Positions 1-6,526 of a DNA stretch of 11,671 bases are shown here, one piece after another. The DNA lies in assembly GCA_963737905.1 (NCBI GenBank), contig CAVTUQ010000046.1, forward strand, positions 1 to 11,671. Direction: 5' to 3'. The position numbers were made by a program, and so were the translations under genes. The DNA is from an uncultured delta proteobacterium (GTDB lineage: Bacteria > Desulfobacterota > Binatia > UBA9968). The notes beneath the pieces were generated by a model. The model ran no database searches. It was not told the DNA's origin and saw only the letters and a list, made by a program, of their open reading frames with translations. How positions within the stretch are numbered: position 1 is the first letter of the stretch; each line of letters begins with the position of its first letter.

Positions 1-642
1 GCCGGTTGTCTGGTAGACCTGAGCCGTCGGCAGGTGACGCTTCACGCACCATTCAATGGACTCGGCGCTGCGGGCTGCGATCCAGATCGGCGGGTGGGGT
101 TGCTGCAACGGGCGCGGCCAGATCGCGCAGTCTTTGAGCTGGAAAAACTTTCCTTCGTGACTCCAGACCGGTTGGGTCCAGGCGGTCATGATCAGGTCAT
201 AGGCCTCTTCGAAACGCCCACGAGATTCTTCCGGATTCACCCCGTACCAGATGTATTCCGGCGGAATGCCCCGCACGAACCCGGCGATGAGCCGGCCGTT
301 CGATAGACAATCGATCATCGCATACTCTTCGGCGACCCGAACGGGATGATTGCGTAAAGGCAGGATATTGCCGAGGACGCCGATCTTGATACGGCTGGTT
401 TTCTGACTCAGTGCGGCAGCGATCAGGTTTGGGGAGGGCATCGTTCCATAGGCGCTGTAGTGGTGCTCGTTGAAAACCACGCCGTCAAAGCCGAGCTCCT
501 CGCAGTAGGCCATTTCTTCCAGGTGCTCATTGTAGTTCGCGGTCCCTTTGACCGGATCGAAATAGTTGCTGGGTACGGGCGTGCGCGGCGCTTCCTTCGG
601 AACGTGAGGATAGGCGAGCAGGTCAAAGTTATAAATCTTCAC
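1..642 (-). CDS. LLM-class (bacterial luciferase-like) flavin-dependent oxidoreductase, 5' part; runs off the left edge
   Basis: Not in the ORF track; translated by hand from GTG at 642, open to position 1: MKIYNFDLLAYPHVP...EELGFDGVVFNEHHYSAYGTMPSPNLIAAALSQKTSRIKIGVLGNILPLRNHPVRVAEEYAMIDCLSNGRLIAGFVRG...WPRPLQQPHPPIWIAA. EHH, P-x-R-V-A-E-E and PRPLQQPHPPIW are typical LuxA-like motifs. SD AAGGAGA lies 8 nt upstream of the GTG; an in-frame ATG at 660 is an alternative start. Confidence 0.93.
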   Translation of the reverse strand, partial: MKIYNFDLLAYPHVPKEAPRTPVPSNYFDPVKGTANYNEHLEEMAYCEELGFDGVVFNEHHYSAYGTMPSPNLIAAALSQKTSRIKIGVLGNILPLRNHPVRVAEEYAMIDCLSNGRLIAGFVRGIPPEYIWYGVNPEESRGRFEEAYDLIMTAWTQPVWSHEGKFFQLKDCAIWPRPLQQPHPPIWIAARSAESIEWCVKRHLPTAQVYQTTG

Positions 643-673
643 TAATAAATTCTCCTTCATTCAGCCTGGGCGG

Positions 674-702
674 ATGCTAACAAAGCGAGTCGACTCGGTC
701 AA
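674..702 (-). promoter_or_regulatory. Putative sigma70-type promoter for the LLM gene
   Basis: The minus strand reads TTGACC-17 nt-TAGCAT with a TGn extended -10, about 30 nt upstream of the start codon. A perfect palindrome CGAGTCGACTCG (686-697) lies in the spacer. Confidence 0.6.
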
Positions 703-712
703 ATCGCGCTAA

Positions 713-757
713 TCGTTCAAGTCGTTCCAGACGTTCAAATCGTTCAAATCGTTATCA
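713..757. repeat. Degenerate 9-bp tandem repeat (TCGTTCAAA-like, 5 units)
   Basis: tcgttcaag tcgttccag acgttcaaa tcgttcaaa tcgttatca. Confidence 0.85.
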
Positions 758-826
758 GGAAAAAACGGAGGGGATGAAGTAACAAAACGAATCTTGGTTT
801 CCGTTGTCATCTTTCCTATTTCTTTC

Positions 827-1825
827 TTATTTAAAATAACCTTCCTTGGCGAGCTGGTCCACGATACTGGTATCGATAAAAGATCCGGGATCCGCGGATG
901 CCGCTTTGGACGTGTTTTTCTTGATCGCCTCGAGAGTTGTGCGGATTGTTTCAGTTTTGGGTCTGGGATTGCGATCGGCCCACTTCGCAAAGAGTTCGTA
1001 GGCATACTCGGTATCCTCGCGATTGCTGCCGATGAACTCGGTCAAATAAGCCACGGTTTTGTCTTTTTGCTCAAAGTAAAACTTGATCGAGTCGGATATC
1101 GCTCTTACGAAACGAACAACGTTTTCGCGGTTCGACTTGAGATAGGATCGCTGCAGCCATTCGCCGTTTTGTTGCCAGGGGATGCCGAGGTCCGGCAGGG
1201 CCAGCAGGGTTCGATAGCCGCGCTTTTCCGCAATGCGATCGAACGGCGCAGCGAGAATACCGAACTGAACGTCTCCTTTATCCATGGACGCGATGATCGT
1301 CGCGGGATCGGGACTGGCAATTTGAACAAGCTTGACATCTTTTTCCGGATCCAGTTTCAGCTTGGTTAGAGCGAATCTCAACGCGGTGTCGGGGATGGTC
1401 CCAAACGGGGCTCCGATATGACCGGTCTTTCCTTTGAGGTCTTCGACCTTTGTAATATTTTTCTGGGCCATCACCTTATACGGGAAAACATTCACCCAAG
1501 AGCTGACTAATACGAAAGGTGGCGCGCCTTCGAGGGTCGCCGTCGTAAAAGCGGCCGCGCCCGATCCAGTGGTCATTTGCATGCTTCCGCCGAGCATGGA
1601 TTGCACGGCAGCCGCCGTGTTCGACTTGATGATGTTTACGTTCAGTCCATGCTTGGCGAACAAGTTTTCCTTTTCAGCGATAAAGAAAAGCGCGGTCCCT
1701 GGATTGGTTCCCGTCTGGCCTACGGTCATCTTTGCGCCTTGAGCGTGAGCGTTTTCGGCCGAGCTCGCGAATAACGCCATCGCGAGAACCAGCGGCAAAT
1801 AGACGACAGGCGTTGTCAGCTTCAT
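827..1825 (-). CDS. ABC transporter substrate-binding protein, NitT/TauT (SsuA/NMT1-like) family
   Basis: 332 aa from ATG 1825, with SD GGAGGAGG upstream (preferred over 1846 in the track). Sec-type signal peptide ending AHA-Q; motifs IAEKENLFAKHGLNV, ITKVEDLKGK, LDPEKDVKLV and C-terminal FIDTSIVDQL. Confidence 0.92.
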   Translation of the reverse strand: MKLTTPVVYLPLVLAMALFASSAENAHAQGAKMTVGQTGTNPGTALFFIAEKENLFAKHGLNVNIIKSNTAAAVQSMLGGSMQMTTGSGAAAFTTATLEGAPPFVLVSSWVNVFPYKVMAQKNITKVEDLKGKTGHIGAPFGTIPDTALRFALTKLKLDPEKDVKLVQIASPDPATIIASMDKGDVQFGILAAPFDRIAEKRGYRTLLALPDLGIPWQQNGEWLQRSYLKSNRENVVRFVRAISDSIKFYFEQKDKTVAYLTEFIGSNREDTEYAYELFAKWADRNPRPKTETIRTTLEAIKKNTSKAASADPGSFIDTSIVDQLAKEGYFK

Positions 1826-1842
1826 ACTTGTCCTCCTCCCAA

Positions 1843-2688
1843 TCACTTTGATTTCTCAGGCTTCCATTTCTCCAGCCGGTTCTCTACGACTTTAAGCAAT
1901 TCGTTCAGCCCGGCGCCGAGACAGGCGATGATAACAATCGGGACAAACATTGCCGCCATCTGAAAACGCTGCGCCGCGACGGAACTCAGATAGCCCAATC
2001 CCATGGCCGCGCCGTATTGCTCGGCAACGACGATGTAGACCAGGGCGCGTCCCAAAGCGACTCGCATACCGGCGACGATGTAGGGGAGAGAGCCCGGGAC
2101 CGAGACCTTCAGGAAAATGGTGCTGTCGGGGGCGCCGAAGGCGCGCGCCATCGTGATCAGGCGGGGGTCCGTGTTGGCTATTCCTACCATCGTATTAATG
2201 AGGACCGGAAAAACCGCTGCGAGAACAGTCATGATGATTTTTGACATGGGCCCGAGGCCAAAAAGCATGATGATCAAGGGGAGTAACGCGATGAGCGGCG
2301 TGGCGTAAATTCCCGATAGCAGCGGATCAAAGGTTCTGCTGAGGCCTTTGTACCAGCCCATGGGCACACCGGCGATCACGCCGAGCACAACGGCGATGAT
2401 AAAACCAACGGCAAAATTCGTGAGGCTGAACCACATATGCTGCCAGATCGTGCCGTTGGCGAAGAGTTCGACGCCTTTAGCAATAATCTTGCTGAATGGC
2501 GGGAAATAGAAGGGGTTGAGAATTTCGAAGCGTGTGGCGAGCTCCCAGGCTAAGAAAAAACCGAGGATTCCGAGCACGCCGAGCCAGTTGGCAGCGATGT
2601 CCCGAACTCGCATGGCCAACGTGTAACTGGGTAGAGGCTTTGATCCGTCAACCGATATCGCCTCTAACGAGGTGTCTGGTTTGGCCGT
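1843..2688 (-). CDS. ABC transporter permease, NitT/TauT (SsuC/TauC-like) family
   Basis: Multiple hydrophobic segments; FPPFSKI, P-LIALLPLII-FGLG, EAA-loop-like RLITMARAFGA, LPYIVAGMRVA, VVAE and GLGY. The start is uncertain: the frame is open to an ACG at 2688, 6 nt after a GAGGAG SD; TTG 2619 and ATG 2613 lack an obvious SD. Confidence 0.92.
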   Translation of the reverse strand, partial: TAKPDTSLEAISVDGSKPLPSYTLAMRVRDIAANWLGVLGILGFFLAWELATRFEILNPFYFPPFSKIIAKGVELFANGTIWQHMWFSLTNFAVGFIIAVVLGVIAGVPMGWYKGLSRTFDPLLSGIYATPLIALLPLIIMLFGLGPMSKIIMTVLAAVFPVLINTMVGIANTDPRLITMARAFGAPDSTIFLKVSVPGSLPYIVAGMRVALGRALVYIVVAEQYGAAMGLGYLSSVAAQRFQMAAMFVPIVIIACLGAGLNELLKVVENRLEKWKPEKSK

Positions 2689-2713
2689 AGTGTGCTCCTC
2701 TCTTGTGAAGCCA

Positions 2714-2743
2714 AATCTATTCGCCCCCGGCGCCGGCTGTCAA
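2714..2743 (-). promoter_or_regulatory. Putative sigma70-type promoter for the permease-SBP unit
   Basis: The minus strand reads TTGACA-18 nt-TAGATT, followed by the GAGGAG SD at 2695-2700. Confidence 0.6.
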
Positions 2744-2764
2744 GGGCGCCCCTAGCGCTTCGCG

Positions 2765-2807
2765 ATCTCAGATTTCAAATCTCGATTCGAGATCTGCCAT
2801 TTGTTAT
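2765..2807. repeat. Inverted 7-bp tandem array
   Basis: atctcag atttcaa atctcga | t | tcgagat ctgccat ttgttat; the core ATCTCGA-t-TCGAGAT (2779-2793) is a perfect inverted repeat and the outer units are degenerate. Confidence 0.55.
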
Positions 2808-2849
2808 TGGGGTTTTCATGCTTTCCTGTGAAGCAGGACTCGGAGATTG

Positions 2850-2933
2850 CACCGCGGAGGCGCGGAGGACGCAGAGTAAAGAGTACTTGATCAAAAATTC
2901 TCCGATCTCTGCGAACTCGGTGCCTCTGTGGTG
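2850..2933. repeat. REP/MITE-like inverted repeat A (27-bp arms, 30-nt spacer)
   Basis: Left arm caccgcggaggcgcggaggacgcagag (2850-2876) against right arm ctctgcgaactcggtgcctctgtggtg (2907-2933): 21/27 Watson-Crick plus 3 G-U. Additional outer complementarity gggttttc (2810-2817) / gaaaaccc (2948-2955). Confidence 0.88.
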
Positions 2934-2977
2934 ATTACTTCTTCATAGAAAACCCGGCATTCCTCGCCACAGCGAGA

Positions 2978-3775
2978 TCACTCCCAGCGTTTGTGCTTCG
3001 TGAAGTCGTAGTGGATGGAGGAATCGCTCTCAAAGCGCCAAAGGGCACGGTCTTTACTCCACTCGCCATTGAAAACTGATTGCAGAAACGTCGTGATCTG
3101 GTGCCAGGCAACCTGGGTTTGTGACTGGCGATAGCGGCCGGGCATCGTGTCGTTTAAAAAACCGTGCGGCGCGTCCGGGTAAACACGAACGTCGAAGCTC
3201 TTTCTACCCTGCGCAAGCAGGTTGCACATACGAAGGACGTTATCCAAGGGGACCAGATTATCAAGCTCGCCGAAAACTCCCACGACCGGACAAGATACGG
3301 CCGCCAATAATTTATCGATCGGTTCCGGGCGAAGCGGGTGGGACTGCCAATCATTGGGGTAAACCGCGCCGTACAGGACGACGGCAGCGGAGAGACAATT
3401 TCGTTTCGCTGAGATGAGCAGGGGTTGACGGCCGGTCTGGCAGACGCCTGACATGGCGATCTTACTTGCATCCACCTCTGGCAGGGTGCGGAGATAATCA
3501 ACCACGGCATCGATATCCCGTAAGACCTCTTCGTCGCTCAAGTCGCAGTGCTCGTCGCCGCGCGCCAGTGCTTCACGATCCCCAGTGAAGCGTGAGAAAA
3601 GATCGGGAACGATTGTTACATAGCCGGCTTCGACAAATTTCTGGCCCAAGTCCGTGGTGTGCTGGACGATGCCGTAACGCTCGTGAAGGTGAATGACCGC
3701 GGGACGTCTACCACTGCCCGCCGGTTTGCCGAGAAACCCGTTGATTCGCTTGTCGATTTGAATTGGACTGAGCAT
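2978..3775 (-). CDS. Dienelactone hydrolase family protein (alpha/beta hydrolase)
   Basis: 265 aa; PAVIHLHERYG, GYVTIVPDLF, Cys nucleophile elbow SGVCQTG, FGELDNLVP (Asp) and YPDAPHGF (His). SD AAGGAG upstream. Confidence 0.92.
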   Translation of the reverse strand: MLSPIQIDKRINGFLGKPAGSGRRPAVIHLHERYGIVQHTTDLGQKFVEAGYVTIVPDLFSRFTGDREALARGDEHCDLSDEEVLRDIDAVVDYLRTLPEVDASKIAMSGVCQTGRQPLLISAKRNCLSAAVVLYGAVYPNDWQSHPLRPEPIDKLLAAVSCPVVGVFGELDNLVPLDNVLRMCNLLAQGRKSFDVRVYPDAPHGFLNDTMPGRYRQSQTQVAWHQITTFLQSVFNGEWSKDRALWRFESDSSIHYDFTKHKRWE

Positions 3776-3835
3776 AATGCGTCTCCTTGAGGTTAGTACT
3801 TGCCGAGCAGCAATAGTGCAAGGATGGACGAAAAG

Positions 3836-4834
3836 CTATCGTTTATAAAGCCGCTCAAAGAATTTCTCGTCATCGAGCTTTTTCACGAAGCTCGAATCGA
3901 CGAAATCCTCCGGTTTAGAGGCTTTCGCCTTGGGATTTTTAACGGCTAGCTCATTGAGGATGGTTTGAATACCCGGGAGCGTCGGGTAGGGTTTCTCGGG
4001 AATCACCTTGAGGGCTATTTCGCGGTACGTTTCTTCCAGAGCCTCGCGATCGGTGGTTTGAAGATATTTGCTCAAGATCTTGATGCTGGGTTCCTTCTCC
4101 GTCTTGTAAAAGTGAATGGCTTCGGCCAGAGCGGTGATAACGGACGCCACAGTCTCGCGCTGCGCTTTGATGAAAGCCCGTGTCGTTAGCATCGCGGTCA
4201 GTTCAAAGGGGATGTTAAGTTGAGCCATGTCGATCAACGTGTTGTATCCCATCTTGCGCGCAGTCAACGTAAAGGGCGGTGTGATGATGGTCGCTTGAAC
4301 GTTCTTAGACTGCAAAGCCGCGACTCGAGCGGTCTGAGTTCCGATTTGTAACAAAACAACATCTTTTTCGGCTAAGCCCACCTTTGCCAGTGCCATCCGT
4401 ACACTGAGATCGGTTGCGCTGCCAAAGCGGCTGATGGCTACCTTGCCGCCGATCAGCTGATCGACCTTCTTGATTTCCGGCAAAGAAATCAGGCTGTAGG
4501 GAAACGTGTTAAGGAAACTCGCGATGATGACGAGATCTGCGCCGGCGAGGCTGCTGGTGACGGCTGCCGATCCATCGGCTAAAACCATTGATACATCGCC
4601 TCCCATCATCGCCTGAAATCCAAGCGAGCCCCCTGGGGTAAGAATTGCGGCTATATCCAGACCATGCTTTTTAAAAAGCCCCGCTTCTCTCGCGATAATT
4701 AGCGGCGCCTGGTAAGGACTGGTGGCGGTATAGGCGATGTTGAGCTTGCGTAGTTGCGCGCTCACCGGAAAACTGAGCCCGAGAGAAACAAAGAGCGAGA
4801 CGACAAGTAAAACCGCGGGTACTCTTAAATTCAT
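3836..4834 (-). CDS. ABC transporter substrate-binding protein, NitT/TauT (SsuA/NMT1-like) family
   Basis: 332 aa; signal peptide ending VSA-Q; IAREAGLFKKHGLD, GGKVAISRFGSATD, KPYPTLPGIQTIL and FVDSSFVKKLD. Paralogous in motif layout to 827..1825. Confidence 0.93.
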   Translation of the reverse strand: MNLRVPAVLLVVSLFVSLGLSFPVSAQLRKLNIAYTATSPYQAPLIIAREAGLFKKHGLDIAAILTPGGSLGFQAMMGGDVSMVLADGSAAVTSSLAGADLVIIASFLNTFPYSLISLPEIKKVDQLIGGKVAISRFGSATDLSVRMALAKVGLAEKDVVLLQIGTQTARVAALQSKNVQATIITPPFTLTARKMGYNTLIDMAQLNIPFELTAMLTTRAFIKAQRETVASVITALAEAIHFYKTEKEPSIKILSKYLQTTDREALEETYREIALKVIPEKPYPTLPGIQTILNELAVKNPKAKASKPEDFVDSSFVKKLDDEKFFERLYKR

Positions 4835-4941
4835 GCAATCCCCTTCCTTTTAAGTTCTTCGTTGAGATCGTAGCCGCGGACAAAAATCCGATCCAACTCG
4901 GCTTTGCCCATGGACGAGACGAGTTTAGGTATTTCGGCCAT
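4831..4941 (-). pseudogene. 36-aa N-terminal remnant resembling the citryl-CoA lyase / citrate synthase-like family
   Basis: SD AGGAGG (4950-4955), then MAEIPKLVSSMGKAELDRIFVRGYDLNEELKRKGIA*. DRIFVRGYDLNEEL matches the D-x-I-x-V-R-G-x-D-L-x-x-E-L N-terminal motif of that family. Its TGA overlaps the SBP start (ATGA). Confidence 0.65.
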
Positions 4942-5032
4942 CCGCGAATCCTCCTATGTCGCTGCGTATTGGATACCGGAGAGATATGAGAAAGGGACGC
5001 TGCGTGTCAACAGGCAGAAGAAAGGATTCGCA

Positions 5033-5102
5033 GTTCCGGTTCCAGGTTTTGGGTTTCGAGTTGCTCGAAAAACGCGAGACACAAGACTCGAAACCCTAGA
5101 CT
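5033..5102. repeat. Inverted 7-bp tandem array
   Basis: Left gttccg gttccag gttttgg gtttcga gtt; right aacgcgag acacaag actcgaa accctag act (reverse-complement-like units). Lies just downstream of the amidohydrolase stop. Confidence 0.7.
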
Positions 5103-5110
5103 GGAGTCAG

Positions 5111-6196
5111 TTAGTCCAGCCGAAGCAGCCGGGCGGCGTTTTCGCCCATAATTTTTCTCTTGGCTTCGTCGTCGAGATCCTTGCGTCCAATAATCATCTG
5201 GGGAGAACCGGAGAGTTTGGCATCCCAATGCGGATAATCCGAGGCGAACAGAACTCGCTCGGCGCCGACGGCTTTTACGACCTCTCCCAAACGTTCCTCT
5301 TCCGGCTCGCAGGAGATATAACATTGCCGGCGAAAGTAGTCGCTCGGTTTCATCTTCAGCCACGGTACCTGAAAAGGGAGGATCTCGTGGTGCTCGTCCA
5401 TCCGCCAGAGCCAGTAGGGCAGCCAACCGGCACCGGATTCGAGAAAGACCACTTGGAGCCCTGGAAATTTCTCCAACACCCCTTTGCAGATCAAGCTCAA
5501 GCTGGCGAGCATCTGTTCGAATGGATGGGAGACCGTGTGGGTAAAAAACCACTGTCCTGGAAAGCGATCCGCGCCGGCGGTGGGGAGATAGGCGCCGGAG
5601 CCTTCGTGGAGCATTAGTGGAACACCCAGTTCCTGGATCGTTTTGTAGAGCGGGTCGTAATAGGGATCATCGATGGTTCTGCCCTTCACCGGGTTCGGTC
5701 GAAGAAAGATTGCTTTGAATCCCAGCTCGACAATTACCCGGTGCGTTTCGGCAACGGCGGCGTCGATGTCCTGTACCGGAATCACACCCACGCCCATGAG
5801 CCGTTTTCGATCCGCGCCGCAGTAATCGTAGAGCCAATTATTGTAGGCACGGCAAAGCGCAGTGGCATAGGTATCTTCCTCCACGGAAGGGAGATAGAGA
5901 CCCGCCGACGGGAACAGCATGCCGCGTTCGATGCCGTCACGATCCATGTCTTTGAGCCTCTCCCGCGGATCCGTGGCCAGATCGCGATGTTCGTTGACCG
6001 GAGAGCCGTCGGGCTTCACCTGGAAAGGAGACTCATCGGGTTTGCGGTGGTGGCGGTTGCCTTCCAGCAGAAATAGGAGTTGGCCGTTTGGCACTCGTTG
6101 AATTTTCGGGGCACGGGAGCTAAAGGGCGGCTCGAGATAGCGTTCCCACAAATCATCGGCTTCCCGCACGTGTCCATCGATATCGATTACTCGCAT
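5111..6196 (-). CDS. Amidohydrolase family protein (Amidohydro_2-type TIM-barrel metallohydrolase/decarboxylase)
   Basis: 361 aa; VIDIDGHV, RLKDMDRDGI, CRAYNNWL, PLMLHEG, FLESGAGWLP, KPSDYF, FASDYPHWD and IMGENAARL. Confidence 0.94.
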   Translation of the reverse strand: MRVIDIDGHVREADDLWERYLEPPFSSRAPKIQRVPNGQLLFLLEGNRHHRKPDESPFQVKPDGSPVNEHRDLATDPRERLKDMDRDGIERGMLFPSAGLYLPSVEEDTYATALCRAYNNWLYDYCGADRKRLMGVGVIPVQDIDAAVAETHRVIVELGFKAIFLRPNPVKGRTIDDPYYDPLYKTIQELGVPLMLHEGSGAYLPTAGADRFPGQWFFTHTVSHPFEQMLASLSLICKGVLEKFPGLQVVFLESGAGWLPYWLWRMDEHHEILPFQVPWLKMKPSDYFRRQCYISCEPEEERLGEVVKAVGAERVLFASDYPHWDAKLSGSPQMIIGRKDLDDEAKRKIMGENAARLLRLD

Positions 6197-6288
6197 CAGT
6201 CCCTCATTTTGTTAGCCAGCATAGCCTCTCAAATTGTATCCGTTGTTATTTTTATCATCTTTAGTTGCTGTCTATCCAGGCGGCCGAA

Positions 6289-6317
6289 ATAATGCAAGCG
6301 ATTTGACCGCCCGTCAA
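6289..6317 (-). promoter_or_regulatory. Putative promoter for the amidohydrolase, overlapped by a TTGAC-N5-GTCAA palindrome
   Basis: The minus strand reads TTGACG-17 nt-CATTAT; the palindrome is at 6303-6317. Confidence 0.45.
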
Positions 6318-6345
6318 GGCAAGCTAGAAGAGACAAGCAGATTTG

Positions 6346-6423
6346 ACCACGGAGGACACGAAGGGCACGAAGTTTATGATCAAAAATATCCGAAGCCTTC
6401 GTGGCCTTCGTGATCTTCGTGGT
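6346..6423. repeat. REP/MITE-like inverted repeat B (27-bp arms of 3 x 9-bp NNCACGAAG, 24-nt spacer)
   Basis: Left accacggag gacacgaag ggcacgaag (6346-6372) against right cttcgtggc cttcgtgat cttcgtggt (6397-6423): 23/27 Watson-Crick plus 2 G-U. Confidence 0.9.
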
Positions 6424-6444
6424 TATCGGGTCGAGGCGTTCCTG

Positions 6445-6474
6445 TTGCAAGCGGCGCGGCGTTCAATATACAGT
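6445..6474 (+). promoter_or_regulatory. Putative sigma70-type promoter for the plus-strand block
   Basis: TTGCAA-18 nt-TACAGT about 50 nt upstream of ATG 6527. Confidence 0.4.
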
Positions 6475-6526
6475 CGCGCCAGTTGGCGAAAAAATCGATG
6501 CCTTTCTTTCAGTAAGGAGGACGGTC

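Noticed and set aside
794-1369. Long antisense ORFs (also 4904..5617, 6848..7543, 10693..11274, 34..306 and 460..645)
   Set aside because: They are shadows on the opposite strand of well-supported genes and carry no family motifs.
2692-2934. 80-aa plus-strand ORF, and similar ORFs at 6229..6450, 6343..6564, 9334..9516 and 10551..10745
   Set aside because: They are translations of the intergenic repeat elements, with low-complexity periodic sequence and no recognisable domain.
3776-3835. Internal promoter before the dienelactone hydrolase (TTGCAC-17-TACTAA, minus strand)
   Set aside because: The -10 lacks the conserved final T, and co-transcription with the upstream SBP explains the short gap equally well.
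827-4834. Identical 332-aa length of the two SBPs as evidence of recent duplication
   Set aside because: The sequences are clearly divergent, and this length is typical for the family.
6401-6526. 42-aa N-terminal extension of the M24 protein in the ORF track
   Set aside because: It starts inside repeat B; a strong SD supports ATG 6527.
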